DNA from: Promethearchaeum syntrophicum
GTDB lineage: Archaea; Asgardarchaeota; Lokiarchaeia; Sigyniarchaeales; Promethearchaeaceae
DNA: 24,000 nucleotides
Assembly: GCF_008000775.2 (NCBI RefSeq)
Contig: NZ_CP042905.2
Coordinates: forward strand, 3,625,723 to 3,649,722
Reading direction: 5' to 3'
Shown piece after piece: positions 15,971-24,000 of the stretch. A program made the translations under genes and the position numbers. How positions within the stretch are numbered: position 1 is the first letter of the stretch; each line of letters opens with the position of its first letter. Under the pieces are notes generated by a model. It searched no databases, was not told the DNA's origin, and saw only the letters and a program-made list of their open reading frames with translations.

Positions 15971-16209
15971 TTTAAGTTATTCTCCTAATTAATCCAATTT
16001 AAATAAAACCTTTGCTATCTTGTCGACAGTTCGTAATCCAGAACTGTAATTCGGGTAAAAAATTTTCCTTATAGGATAAGGGTGTAAAAATTACTTTAAA
16101 AACTTTAATCTTTTTTGCATTTAAGATATTTGTAAGTCGTTTAACCCATTAATTTATAAGTTAAACCAATTTGGTGAGATAGAAAAAAAAATAAAAATAG
16201 ATATAAAAA

Positions 16210-16971
16210 TTATCGAGCAGAAATTGCCACGCGTTCTAATTCATCCTTGCGTTTAACTGCACGTGAATTAGTATCGTTGCGACCAGCCAAGATTAATTCA
16301 TTAGCTAATAATTCATCAATAGTTTTAATATTATTATATGCAAGCCCTACTGTTCCTTGAACAATCAACTTTAAAGCTAAATCAACTCTGCGTTGTGGTG
16401 AGATATCAACGGCCTGTTGATAACTGATACCACCGAGTGATATTCGGGTTGTTTCTTCTTTTGGAGCTGCATTTTCTATAGCATTAATTAACACTTGAAT
16501 CGGATTCTCTCCGGTCTTATTTTCAATAATTGCAAAAGCATTGTAGATGATATTGATTATTTTTTGCTTCTTACCCATGTTGAGTGATGAACCGCGTCCT
16601 TTGATTCGCTTACCCACTAATCCCGGAGTCATGATCTTGTTAATAAAACGTTCAACAATGGAGATATGTTCCGTCTTCCAGAACTTTTTATGTTGATGTT
16701 TCCCACCTGAATGCGGAATAATAACGGGGGTTAAATTAATGTAACTTTGCAAGCTTAAATCTTTCACTTCAGTACCTTCAAAAGACCAGCGATTAAATAA
16801 CAAAATCTCTTGTCCTGTTTTCTTTTTTGGTGCAGGTTCACTTTCATCAGCAGGTTGAGGTTCTACAGTCGGTTCTTCCGGAGAAGGTTTACTTTCTTCC
16901 ACTTTCTCTTCGGATTTCTCTTCTTTTGGTTCTTCCGGCTTTGCCTCATCTGTTTTCTTCTTTCGTGCCAT
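16210..16971 (-). CDS. rps7: ribosomal protein uS7 with an N-terminal E/K/P-rich extension of about 55 aa
   Basis: The core aligns with archaeal/eukaryotic uS7 (LLFNRWSFEGTEVKDLSLQSYI, PHSGGKH, IVERFINKIM, ENPIQVLINAIENAAPKEETTRI, KRKDELERVAISAR). An AGGTGA Shine-Dalgarno-like motif 8 nt before the ATG at 16971 supports the long form. Confidence 0.95.
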   Translation of the reverse strand: MARKKKTDEAKPEEPKEEKSEEKVEESKPSPEEPTVEPQPADESEPAPKKKTGQEILLFNRWSFEGTEVKDLSLQSYINLTPVIIPHSGGKHQHKKFWKTEHISIVERFINKIMTPGLVGKRIKGRGSSLNMGKKQKIINIIYNAFAIIENKTGENPIQVLINAIENAAPKEETTRISLGGISYQQAVDISPQRRVDLALKLIVQGTVGLAYNNIKTIDELLANELILAGRNDTNSRAVKRKDELERVAISAR

Positions 16972-16991
16972 TTTTTTTCACCTTTTAGAGC

Positions 16992-17435
16992 TTAACGAAC
17001 TGCCCTCTCCTTCTTTCCAGAGATTAAAGCATCTAAACTTACACCGTTCACTTTAATTACTTTCCATCGAATACCTGGTAAATCTCCAACAGCACCTCCC
17101 ATAGCTCCACCGATTCCAACTATTGACACACTGTCGTGTTCTTCAACGAATGTTAGTGCGGAATCTCCTGGTAGAAATGCGGACACTTGTTTACCATTTT
17201 TTCTTAATTGAACTCTTACACATTTTCTGATTGCAGAGTTAGGTTGTTTTGATTCGATACCGATTTTCTCAAGTACAATTCCTTCAGCCATTGGAGCGGC
17301 TTCTAGTGGATCGGTTTTTCTTTTAATCTTCAAAACTCTTCGCTTGTATTTAACATCTTTCCATTGAAAGTGTTTTCGCTTCTTCGCTAGAGCACGTGCT
17401 GCGTATTCGCCTCTAGGGGACTTTGATCTTGCCAT
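16992..17435 (-). CDS. rps12: ribosomal protein uS12
   Basis: 147 aa. [29 protein letters not shown] and [17 protein letters not shown] are classical archaeal S12 / eukaryotic S23 blocks. Its ATG overlaps the eL30 stop (TAATG). Confidence 0.95.
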   Translation of the reverse strand: MARSKSPRGEYAARALAKKRKHFQWKDVKYKRRVLKIKRKTDPLEAAPMAEGIVLEKIGIESKQPNSAIRKCVRVQLRKNGKQVSAFLPGDSALTFVEEHDSVSIVGIGGAMGGAVGDLPGIRWKVIKVNGVSLDALISGKKERAVR

Positions 17436-17800
17436 TATTTTATCACCTTTAATATGCTGGAGTTTCCTTCAGAAAGAATTCCAACAGTAGATACCCAAAA
17501 AGGTTTTGCGCAAACAGCTCCAAGATCCCAGCTGGAGTTTTTTGAAGTAAAGATAGGTACGGGTGTTTCTAAACAATTATTAAATAGTTTAATTTGATCT
17601 ACTACCTGTTTGGGGGCATTATTTGCTAAGATTAACAATTTTAAATCTCCCATGGATAGTTGTTTTAGTACGGATTTTGTTCCTAGTAATACCTTCCCAG
17701 TTTTCACTGCAACATTAATCTCTTTGTTCTCATCGAACGAGAGCTTTGCACTGGTGCGCTTTCTTTTCTTGAGTTTTTGTTGACCTCGTTTATAGGACAT
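17435..17800 (-). CDS. rpl30e: ribosomal protein eL30 with a basic N-terminal extension
   Basis: [28 protein letters not shown] and [10 protein letters not shown] match eL30 of the L7Ae/L30e superfamily. About 25 extra N-terminal residues include KLKKRKR. Confidence 0.85.
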   Translation of the reverse strand: MSYKRGQQKLKKRKRTSAKLSFDENKEINVAVKTGKVLLGTKSVLKQLSMGDLKLLILANNAPKQVVDQIKLFNNCLETPVPIFTSKNSSWDLGAVCAKPFWVSTVGILSEGNSSILKVIK

Positions 17801-17961
17801 ATTTTTTCAACTCGATATTTCCTAAAAGGAAAAATGAAGCATAAATAAAAAAATTTGTGAATAGAACGGTTTAATAATATTTTCAGAATGTTTTTTCTTT
17901 GAAAATTTTAATAATCTACATATAAATTTAATAAAGCAAAATTGTATTGTTTTTACATAAA

Positions 17962-18603
17962 ATGATTGATAATTCCGTTTCAAACTTCGATTTAATTTAC
18001 CCAAAAGAATCTAAATTGAATAATAATCCTGAAAAAATGTTTATATTCTCAGTTCTGACATATTTTATTGTAATAGGATTATTTTTAATTCTATCTGCTT
18101 CTGGAGTTGTTGAATTCATACCGAATTACGAAAGTTCCAGAATAATTATTTTGGTTTTTGCAATATCTTGGAATTCTGCAATTCTGATTATAATCGTTGG
18201 TCTTCTGATTAATTCGAATAAGAACATAAAGATTAATTCCGAGAATTTTAATCAGTACACTCAAGAATATCAATCTCAACGAATTGAAATGGAACAGATT
18301 ACTAGATCACATGATTATCTATCTCCACAATTTATCGAAACCAAAAAAAAATTAATCCGAGCTTTTTATATTATGTCTTTTTTTCTTTCTTTTGTGTTTT
18401 TACTTCTCTTGGCTATTGGCATATTATTAATTTTATATTCGGTTGGTATTTTTGATTTCGGTTTAGAAAATCCTTCTTTTAATATAATCCGTAGTATATT
18501 TGCTGGGATTTGGAACATAAGTTTATTTTTTGCATTCAATAAAATTATTAAATCTTTTACAAGGTTACAGAAAAAGACAACTAAAAAATTCAGCTTTATG
18601 TAA
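17962..18603 (+). CDS. 4-TM membrane protein built from an internally duplicated 2-TM module
   Basis: The two halves align without gaps (VIGLFLILSASGVVEFIPNYESSRIIILVFAISWNSAIL versus AIGILLILYSVGIFDFGLENPSFNIIRSIFAGIWNISLF). The track start at 17947 is TTG; the first ATG is at 17962. Confidence 0.6.
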   Translation: MIDNSVSNFDLIYPKESKLNNNPEKMFIFSVLTYFIVIGLFLILSASGVVEFIPNYESSRIIILVFAISWNSAILIIIVGLLINSNKNIKINSENFNQYTQEYQSQRIEMEQITRSHDYLSPQFIETKKKLIRAFYIMSFFLSFVFLLLLAIGILLILYSVGIFDFGLENPSFNIIRSIFAGIWNISLFFAFNKIIKSFTRLQKKTTKKFSFM

Positions 18604-18696
18604 AATTTTTTTTGGAAAAATTATATCATTGCAGAAACCCGATCTATTATTTGGATAGGAACCACTGAAATTTTGGGAGGTATTGGTAGGAAATAC

Positions 18697-18960
18697 TTAT
18701 CTCTCAGTTTTTTCTAAAAGATCAAAATATAACCGTTTGAATAACGATAATTCTCGTTCTAATTCTTTAATTGTTTGTTTTAAATCCCCTTCATTGTTAA
18801 AACCGAATTCTGCAGTATAACAGAATATGTTAGTGGAAATGGCTAAATGAGTATTTTTTTCATCTTTCATGTATCCTAAAGAAACTTGTAATCCAGAGAA
18901 ACAGATATACCCGATTTCTCCATCCGATAATTTACTACCCACTGAAGCATCAGCATGCAA
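18697..18960 (-). CDS. hypothetical small protein
   Basis: 87-aa ORF with a TTG start, a C-terminal amphipathic helix (LKQTIKELERELSLFKRLYFDLLEK), and a TTTATAT element about 45 nt upstream. No family recognised. Confidence 0.35.
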   Translation of the reverse strand: MHADASVGSKLSDGEIGYICFSGLQVSLGYMKDEKNTHLAISTNIFCYTAEFGFNNEGDLKQTIKELERELSLFKRLYFDLLEKTER

Positions 18961-19133
18961 TTCTTTTCTTATACTTAGTGTGGTTAAAGTAGATATAAAA
19001 ATGCATTTAAAAAAAGAGGTTAATCATTAAAATAATTCTTTTCTATCATTTCAACAAATAGGTAAAATACAATAACGTTTTATTTTGTAATGTTTTATGT
19101 TATTATATTTAAAAAAAGGAAGAATGGTAGATT

Positions 19134-21443
19134 TTGATCATCGACATTTATGATAAAAAAACACAGAAAATAATGCTTTTAGTATGGGTTATTTCTGTCG
19201 TTGGTTCAGGCGTTATTTACTCAATAGTAAAGCCTTTAAGTCGGACTGATGTGGATTATATAGCAATAGAGGGTAATTTTCAATTAAATGCATTCTTTTC
19301 AGATCAATCAATGGATGGTGAATCTTGGGATACTGCTTATGTTTTTAAAAACTTCAAGTTTGATATCCCGGATGATAATTATGGTTTAATTCTAAATAAT
19401 ACGGATAAGTTTATTATTATTAAGGATTGTGAATTTAAATGTAAGAGATACAGTGACTCGTATGGAATATATATATTCAATAGTGAAAATATAAAAATTG
19501 ACAGCATTAATTTAAAATATTGCGATATTGGAACAAATATAATAAATTCTTCTAATATTGAAGTTTCCAATACAGATTTTGGAACCAATTCTCGATACGG
19601 TACAATCTTGGAAAATAGTACGAATATCAACCTTAATAAAAATACATATCTGGGACGATCTACATATGACATTAGTATTAGGTCTTCAAACAATTGTTCT
19701 TTAATACAGAACAAAATGATATACAGTGGATTATCTATATCTCTTCAAGATAATCCTTCTTCTCAATTAATGATTGATTCTTCTAATACAATAAATAATC
19801 AACCAATCTATTATTATGAAAACATATCTCATTTAAACATAAACTTCAATCAACAAATAGGTCAATTACTTCTTAACAATTGTTCTGAAAGTACCTTTAG
19901 CAATGCATATATCACGAGCACTAAATCAAATGTGATCATTACTAATTCAAAATTAAATCACTTTAATAACATCTCTTCTACTGAATCAACTGGTTATGGT
20001 ATTAATATGCATAATTCACCCAATAACACGTTTTCATCATGTAATATATCTGAAAACAATGTAGGGTTTCAAATATCTTATTCTAACAATGCAACGATAA
20101 TTGAAAATGAATTATCAAATAATTCTGAAGGAATTTATCATGAATATTCAAACAATTTAATTTTGAAAGAAAATTTAATTTTTAATGAGATATCATCTGA
20201 GGTTGTCGTTGGTTTAAATCTAGATCACAGCAATAACAATACCATTGATAGTAATAGATTTTATTCTCATTATGAATATGAGGGTATAGGAGGTAAATTG
20301 TATTATTCAGAATATAATAGTTTTATCAATAATTCGTTTTATGGGGAAACCGCAATTCATAATGTGTATTATTCACCCTATAATACCTATGTAAATAATA
20401 AATTTATTAACTGCTCCCTTAGTAAATCAATACTACTGGCAGATGAGTTCGATTCATCCAATATCCTTAACGGAAAAGAATTTTCTCTTAACAGAGACAA
20501 AGATGAATTTCAAGTTGAAGATCTCACTGATATTTCTCTTCTGATGTTGGATAATTGCTCCAATTTTGATGTCTCCAATTTAAACTTTTCAAATATCGAA
20601 TATTGTCCTATTATTATAAATGATTGTGAGAATTTTACAATTTCCAATTTAAACATCGAAACAAAGGGATATGGAATAGATATTTATCAGGGCAATATTG
20701 GAATCATTTCTGATTGCACCGTTTATGCAACTAGTTATGCTATTTATTTCTATTTGTGCAATAATCTGACAATTTATGAAAATGAAATTAACTATTCGAA
20801 AAATGGGATTTATATTCAAAGCAGTGATGACATCACCGTTTCTAATAATATTATTAGTAGCATACGAACAAATTCTACGTCTTCTTTCAGTGATGGTGTT
20901 GAAGGAACGCATTCTGATCGAATAAAAATAACCAATAATATTATTGATTGTGATGGTCAAGGAATTTATTTGTATCAATGTAATATCTCCAGAATTAACG
21001 AAAATCAAATAATAATGTCTAATGTAGGTATCACACTTTCTTCTTTTGATGATGATGATGATTATTCTATCCTTGGAAATAATATCACATACATTAGTAG
21101 TTGTATTTCCATTATCATTGATGGAGTTCAAATAACAAATAATACTTTAAATGAAACGAATACATGCAATTACCACGGAATTAATGATGATCCAAATCTA
21201 CCAGAGAATGACTATATTGATAATTTCGGCTTGAATATTGCTATTCTCTTACTACTAATGGCATTCTCTATTACAGTAATAGGGTTAATTTTTCTTAAAA
21301 TAAAAAAATATGAAAATAAGGAACTAATTAGTCCAACGGAATTTAGGTCTCAGATTGACCCAACGGAATTAGATGGATTTAAGACAACAAAGGACCAAAA
21401 TGAAGCAACGGAACATAATGAAACAAAGGAGCTGAAAGAATAA
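19134..21443 (+). CDS. right-handed parallel beta-helix (PbH1/NosD-like) repeat surface protein, membrane-anchored at both ends
   Basis: Many units of about 22 aa of the type NNxIxxNxxGIxLxxSxNNxI (ISENNVGFQISYSNNATIIENELSNNSEGIYHEYSNNLILKENLI; ITNNIIDCDGQGIYLYQCNISRINENQI). N-terminal hydrophobic segment MLLVWVISVVGSGVIYSIV, C-terminal TM FGLNIAILLLLMAFSITVIGLIFL, and a 45-aa acidic tail. More than 20 N-x-S/T sequons by hand count. The track start is TTG; the first ATG is at 19173. Confidence 0.8.
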   Translation: MIIDIYDKKTQKIMLLVWVISVVGSGVIYSIVKPLSRTDVDYIAIEGNFQLNAFFSDQSMDGESWDTAYVFKNFKFDIPDDNYGLILNNTDKFIIIKDCEFKCKRYSDSYGIYIFNSENIKIDSINLKYCDIGTNIINSSNIEVSNTDFGTNSRYGTILENSTNINLNKNTYLGRSTYDISIRSSNNCSLIQNKMIYSGLSISLQDNPSSQLMIDSSNTINNQPIYYYENISHLNINFNQQIGQLLLNNCSESTFSNAYITSTKSNVIITNSKLNHFNNISSTESTGYGINMHNSPNNTFSSCNISENNVGFQISYSNNATIIENELSNNSEGIYHEYSNNLILKENLIFNEISSEVVVGLNLDHSNNNTIDSNRFYSHYEYEGIGGKLYYSEYNSFINNSFYGETAIHNVYYSPYNTYVNNKFINCSLSKSILLADEFDSSNILNGKEFSLNRDKDEFQVEDLTDISLLMLDNCSNFDVSNLNFSNIEYCPIIINDCENFTISNLNIETKGYGIDIYQGNIGIISDCTVYATSYAIYFYLCNNLTIYENEINYSKNGIYIQSSDDITVSNNIISSIRTNSTSSFSDGVEGTHSDRIKITNNIIDCDGQGIYLYQCNISRINENQIIMSNVGITLSSFDDDDDYSILGNNITYISSCISIIIDGVQITNNTLNETNTCNYHGINDDPNLPENDYIDNFGLNIAILLLLMAFSITVIGLIFLKIKKYENKELISPTEFRSQIDPTELDGFKTTKDQNEATEHNETKELKE

Positions 21444-21444
21444 A

Positions 21445-23586
21445 ATGTCAAATAATGGAAATTTAACTAAAAATTCAGAATTGCACCATGGGAAAGGGTC
21501 TATGGATCCTGATAAAGACCCAGATAATGACTTGAATTTTGAGTTTAGATATAAAAATGACAAATTTTTGACTAAAAAACTTATTAATCGTATAGAAACC
21601 CTCTCGTTTGATATTCCTAAAGATGAAAAAATTACTGCCATGTTCTGTGACCTTCAATGGGATGATTCAACACCATTTTTTGTGATTTATCTAATACCAT
21701 TAATTTTTTCTATGTCGATGATGATCCCAGGATTTTTGATTGATGGAATGTCAATAATATCGCTTTTTATTTTACCATTAGGTTTATTATTATCATATAT
21801 TATTATAATTCTTATTACAAAAACGAGACCTTTCAAGATTTTGCTTTTTACAGAGAAATCTATCAATTCAATTCATTTATTTAGAAGTGGGTCGTTTCAT
21901 AAATATATCCCCTATGACAGAATCTCATTTCTTGCTATTGATAAAAATACCATATCGATAGAAGATAAAAATAAAAAGGCTTACATCAAATTTTCCATGA
22001 ATTATAATAAAAATACGTTTCTAAAAACAGTAAGAGAGTTGATATATAATCACTTGGGAGAAAATTCTCTAGTAGAATATGAAAATGATATAATTAAGAC
22101 GCGAGTTGAAGATTTAAAAGAAAAAATTGAAACCTCTAAATCAGGAAAATTTGCGGAAAAAAATAGAAAAAAAAGGTTTAAAGAAATTGAAGGACTAAGC
22201 GTCCCAATAAAAATAGGATTGCACAATTATAATTCTAATGAAAATAGTGTTAAGTTAATTAAGAAGAAAATTAGATCATCCAAAACGACAATAATCGTCT
22301 CAATACTTATTGTAATTCCAATTATTGTCCTCATCACAATCTTTTTCTCTTCATCCTTAACAGTTATGATAATGACATTTATAATAGGTCCGTTGATATT
22401 AGGTGTTTTTATTATTATTTCAATTCAAGAATATCATAGACTAACGAATTTTACAAATTCAGATAAATCTACAATACGGATATTGGAAGATGGCTTGGAG
22501 ATAATTAATAACGACAATAAAGATCTTGGTGGCGTGATTAAAGTGCCGTTTAAGACCGATATGATTATTAAACCATATGGTTATATAAATCCCAGCTACT
22601 CGAAATATAGTATTAATTATAATACTATTGATATTTTAAGATGGCTTCATCCACAATACAAAATTAAGATTGGAAAAATAGAAAATATTCGGGATTTCTA
22701 CAATAACCTCTACATAGCTTATTTTAAATGGTATAAATCCACCCAAGGTGACAAGATCCTTTCAACGGATGAAATTTTTAACAAATTTATACATACTGAT
22801 GATTTCAACAAGAAATTGTATAATACTATGAAACAATCAATTCAAAACTTCCTATGTGATGTAAAACGTTCCACTTATCGTTTTAATAGGATTGAATCTA
22901 TCATGAAAACTGTCAATCTGACGGATATTGACGAAATAAAAAAACCATTAAAAAAACTAGAAGATCTTCCTGAAATAATTGAGATTCCAGAAGGAGTGAT
23001 AAATCCTGATTGTGGCTCTGAATCTGAAGGGGATAAAATCAGAACTAGGGATTTACTTGAGTGGAGTCTTATTTATCCAAAAGAATTCTACCAATTTTAT
23101 ATAAATGATGATGAAAAGATACTATTTGCCTATCATCCATCAAGTAACATAAAAATCGGAACTTTTGTAAAAAGAATCGTTGTTTTAGTTACATTATTTT
23201 TTATATCAACCTATTCAGTTTATCTATTATCTGATGAGATTGTTTCGGCATTATTTCTAACTACTATTCTTTTTCTCTGCCCGATTTTTAAAATTTTCAC
23301 TGGAATAGACACATACAAAAGAGAAATAATCTTTACTGATAAGAAAATTCTTAACTTGAGTTATATGAATCTATATTTTACAACCTATACCAATATTGAA
23401 AAAGCTTCAAAATATCACCAGAAATCGGATAAAATCCTCAAAAAATTAGTCCTCTCTCTAAAAACAAATGCTACAAGTACCACAAATATAAATATTCATT
23501 CAATTAATATAAAAAAACTTCCCCTAAACTCACCAATCTTTGCGATATTATCTAAAAAAGGTGTTTCATTATATAGGAGTGATTAA
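21445..23586 (+). CDS. membrane protein with three TM-hairpin modules followed by PH-like (bPH_2/DUF304-like) segments
   Basis: Modules at about aa 60-175 and 565-660 follow the YdbS/YdbT-type pattern. That pattern is DEKI(x)..., two TM helices, (I/L)(I/L)FT(E/D)K(S/K)I..., then a short beta-rich segment (IPYDRISFLAI). A third TM pair (aa about 285-330) is followed by STIRILEDGLEIINN. The start lies 1 nt after the upstream stop. Confidence 0.6.
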   Translation: MSNNGNLTKNSELHHGKGSMDPDKDPDNDLNFEFRYKNDKFLTKKLINRIETLSFDIPKDEKITAMFCDLQWDDSTPFFVIYLIPLIFSMSMMIPGFLIDGMSIISLFILPLGLLLSYIIIILITKTRPFKILLFTEKSINSIHLFRSGSFHKYIPYDRISFLAIDKNTISIEDKNKKAYIKFSMNYNKNTFLKTVRELIYNHLGENSLVEYENDIIKTRVEDLKEKIETSKSGKFAEKNRKKRFKEIEGLSVPIKIGLHNYNSNENSVKLIKKKIRSSKTTIIVSILIVIPIIVLITIFFSSSLTVMIMTFIIGPLILGVFIIISIQEYHRLTNFTNSDKSTIRILEDGLEIINNDNKDLGGVIKVPFKTDMIIKPYGYINPSYSKYSINYNTIDILRWLHPQYKIKIGKIENIRDFYNNLYIAYFKWYKSTQGDKILSTDEIFNKFIHTDDFNKKLYNTMKQSIQNFLCDVKRSTYRFNRIESIMKTVNLTDIDEIKKPLKKLEDLPEIIEIPEGVINPDCGSESEGDKIRTRDLLEWSLIYPKEFYQFYINDDEKILFAYHPSSNIKIGTFVKRIVVLVTLFFISTYSVYLLSDEIVSALFLTTILFLCPIFKIFTGIDTYKREIIFTDKKILNLSYMNLYFTTYTNIEKASKYHQKSDKILKKLVLSLKTNATSTTNINIHSINIKKLPLNSPIFAILSKKGVSLYRSD

Positions 23587-23589
23587 ATA

Positions 23590-24000
23590 ATGGAAAACAA
23601 CAACAATAATCAACTAGATCCAGATAAAAAGGAGATTGTGGCAAATAATCAAGATTTAAAAATTCAAAATTCAATATTGCATGAAGATAATGAAGATAAT
23701 GAGCAAATTTTATTTTTTAAACAAAAGATCGAGAAGATCTTAAAGGAATATGTTACAGTATTTGAAGTAGAAGAAAAAAACGAGATAGAAGAGAAAGAAA
23801 GGATTAAAGACACTGAAGATGATGTGAAAAAAATCCTTCCTGAATTTATTATTTGTATTACTAGAAAAGATTCTATTGAAGAATTAGAAATGATGAAAGA
23901 CCATCTTAATCAGTCTGGATTTAAATTCACTTTGAATATAATAAAGAAGGAAGATCCCAAAGACTATGCGAATCGAAAAGAGATTATTGATTATATAGAT
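23590..24000 (+). CDS. acidic hypothetical protein, 3' end off the window
   Basis: ATG at 23590, 3 nt after the upstream stop. The frame is open for 137 codons to the window edge (MENNNNNQLDPDKKEIV...EEKNEIEEKERIKDTEDD...). It is absent from the ORF track only because no stop falls inside the window. Confidence 0.6.
   Translation, partial: MENNNNNQLDPDKKEIVANNQDLKIQNSILHEDNEDNEQILFFKQKIEKILKEYVTVFEVEEKNEIEEKERIKDTEDDVKKILPEFIICITRKDSIEELEMMKDHLNQSGFKFTLNIIKKEDPKDYANRKEIIDYID

Noticed and set aside
15971-16209. Possible small RNA in the 239-nt spacer between uS7 and the MBL hydrolase. It holds hairpins ACAGTTC/GAACTGT at 16027-16047, CCTTAT/ATAAGG at 16067-16081 and GTTTAAC/GTTAAAC at about 16143-16169.
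   Set aside because: There are no C/D (RUGAUGA/CUGA) or H/ACA box signatures on either strand. The stems are short and AT-rich, so they plausibly arise by chance or serve as terminator and promoter context for the flanking genes.
21050-21064. (GAT)5 microsatellite inside the beta-helix gene, encoding DDDDD
   Set aside because: It is in-frame and short. Slippage would only change the number of Asp residues, and a single sequence gives no evidence of variability.
1383-21657. Short antisense or nested ORFs from the track (1383..1580-, 3450..3632+, 9313..9504+, 10117..10362-, 11302..11568-, 13115..13378+, 14539..14739+, 14771..14971+, 16810..16995+, 17822..18004-, 18091..18279-, 19379..19714-, 20649..21131-, 21369..21641-, 21475..21657-)
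   Set aside because: Each lies inside, or largely overlaps, a longer ORF with clear family signatures or membrane-protein character. The translations are low-complexity (F/S/I/L/R-rich) shadow frames, as expected in AT-rich DNA.
1-24000. Mobile elements, rRNA genes, toxin-antitoxin or known defence-system genes
   Set aside because: No transposase, integrase, nuclease/helicase/ATPase defence signatures, terminal inverted repeats or rRNA-like conserved stretches were recognised in any frame.

Overview
This is a very AT-rich, gene-dense archaeal window. The evidence for archaeal origin is an eL30-uS12-uS7 ribosomal cluster, a tRNA with a bulge-helix-bulge intron at position 37/38, and TATA-like elements about 25-50 nt upstream of genes. 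Several eukaryote-like features point tentatively to an Asgard-type (Loki-like) archaeon: a textbook RING-H2 finger, an SDS22-type 22-residue LRR protein, and extended N-termini on uS7 and eL30. That lineage call is inference only. Contents from left to right: a TPR-like protein, then a small zinc-ribbon membrane protein placed divergently from the LRR protein. Next comes an old tandem segmental duplication of about 2 kb. It carries two paralogous polytopic membrane proteins of about 510 aa, with decayed fragments of both flanking genes at the junction. After that come an MFS transporter and a thiamine salvage module (thiamine pyrophosphokinase plus ThiB/ThiP/ThiQ-type ABC importer). These are followed by the RING-H2/coiled-coil/TPR protein, tRNA-Arg(GCG), an alpha/beta hydrolase, an MBL-fold hydrolase and the ribosomal cluster. 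The window ends with a tightly packed three-gene cluster: a sequon-rich beta-helix surface protein, a membrane protein with repeated TM-hairpin/PH-like modules, and an acidic protein that runs off the window. The most unusual signal is a shared 5' cassette. It consists of 10-bp-phased CATATG repeats abutting a TATA-like box, plus a nearly invariant 23-nt hairpin-capable element inside the first 20 codons. This cassette heads three membrane-protein genes, one of which is otherwise unrelated to the other two. I saw no CRISPR array, transposase, integrase or rRNA. All calls come from reading the sequence and the ORF track by eye; no searches were run.
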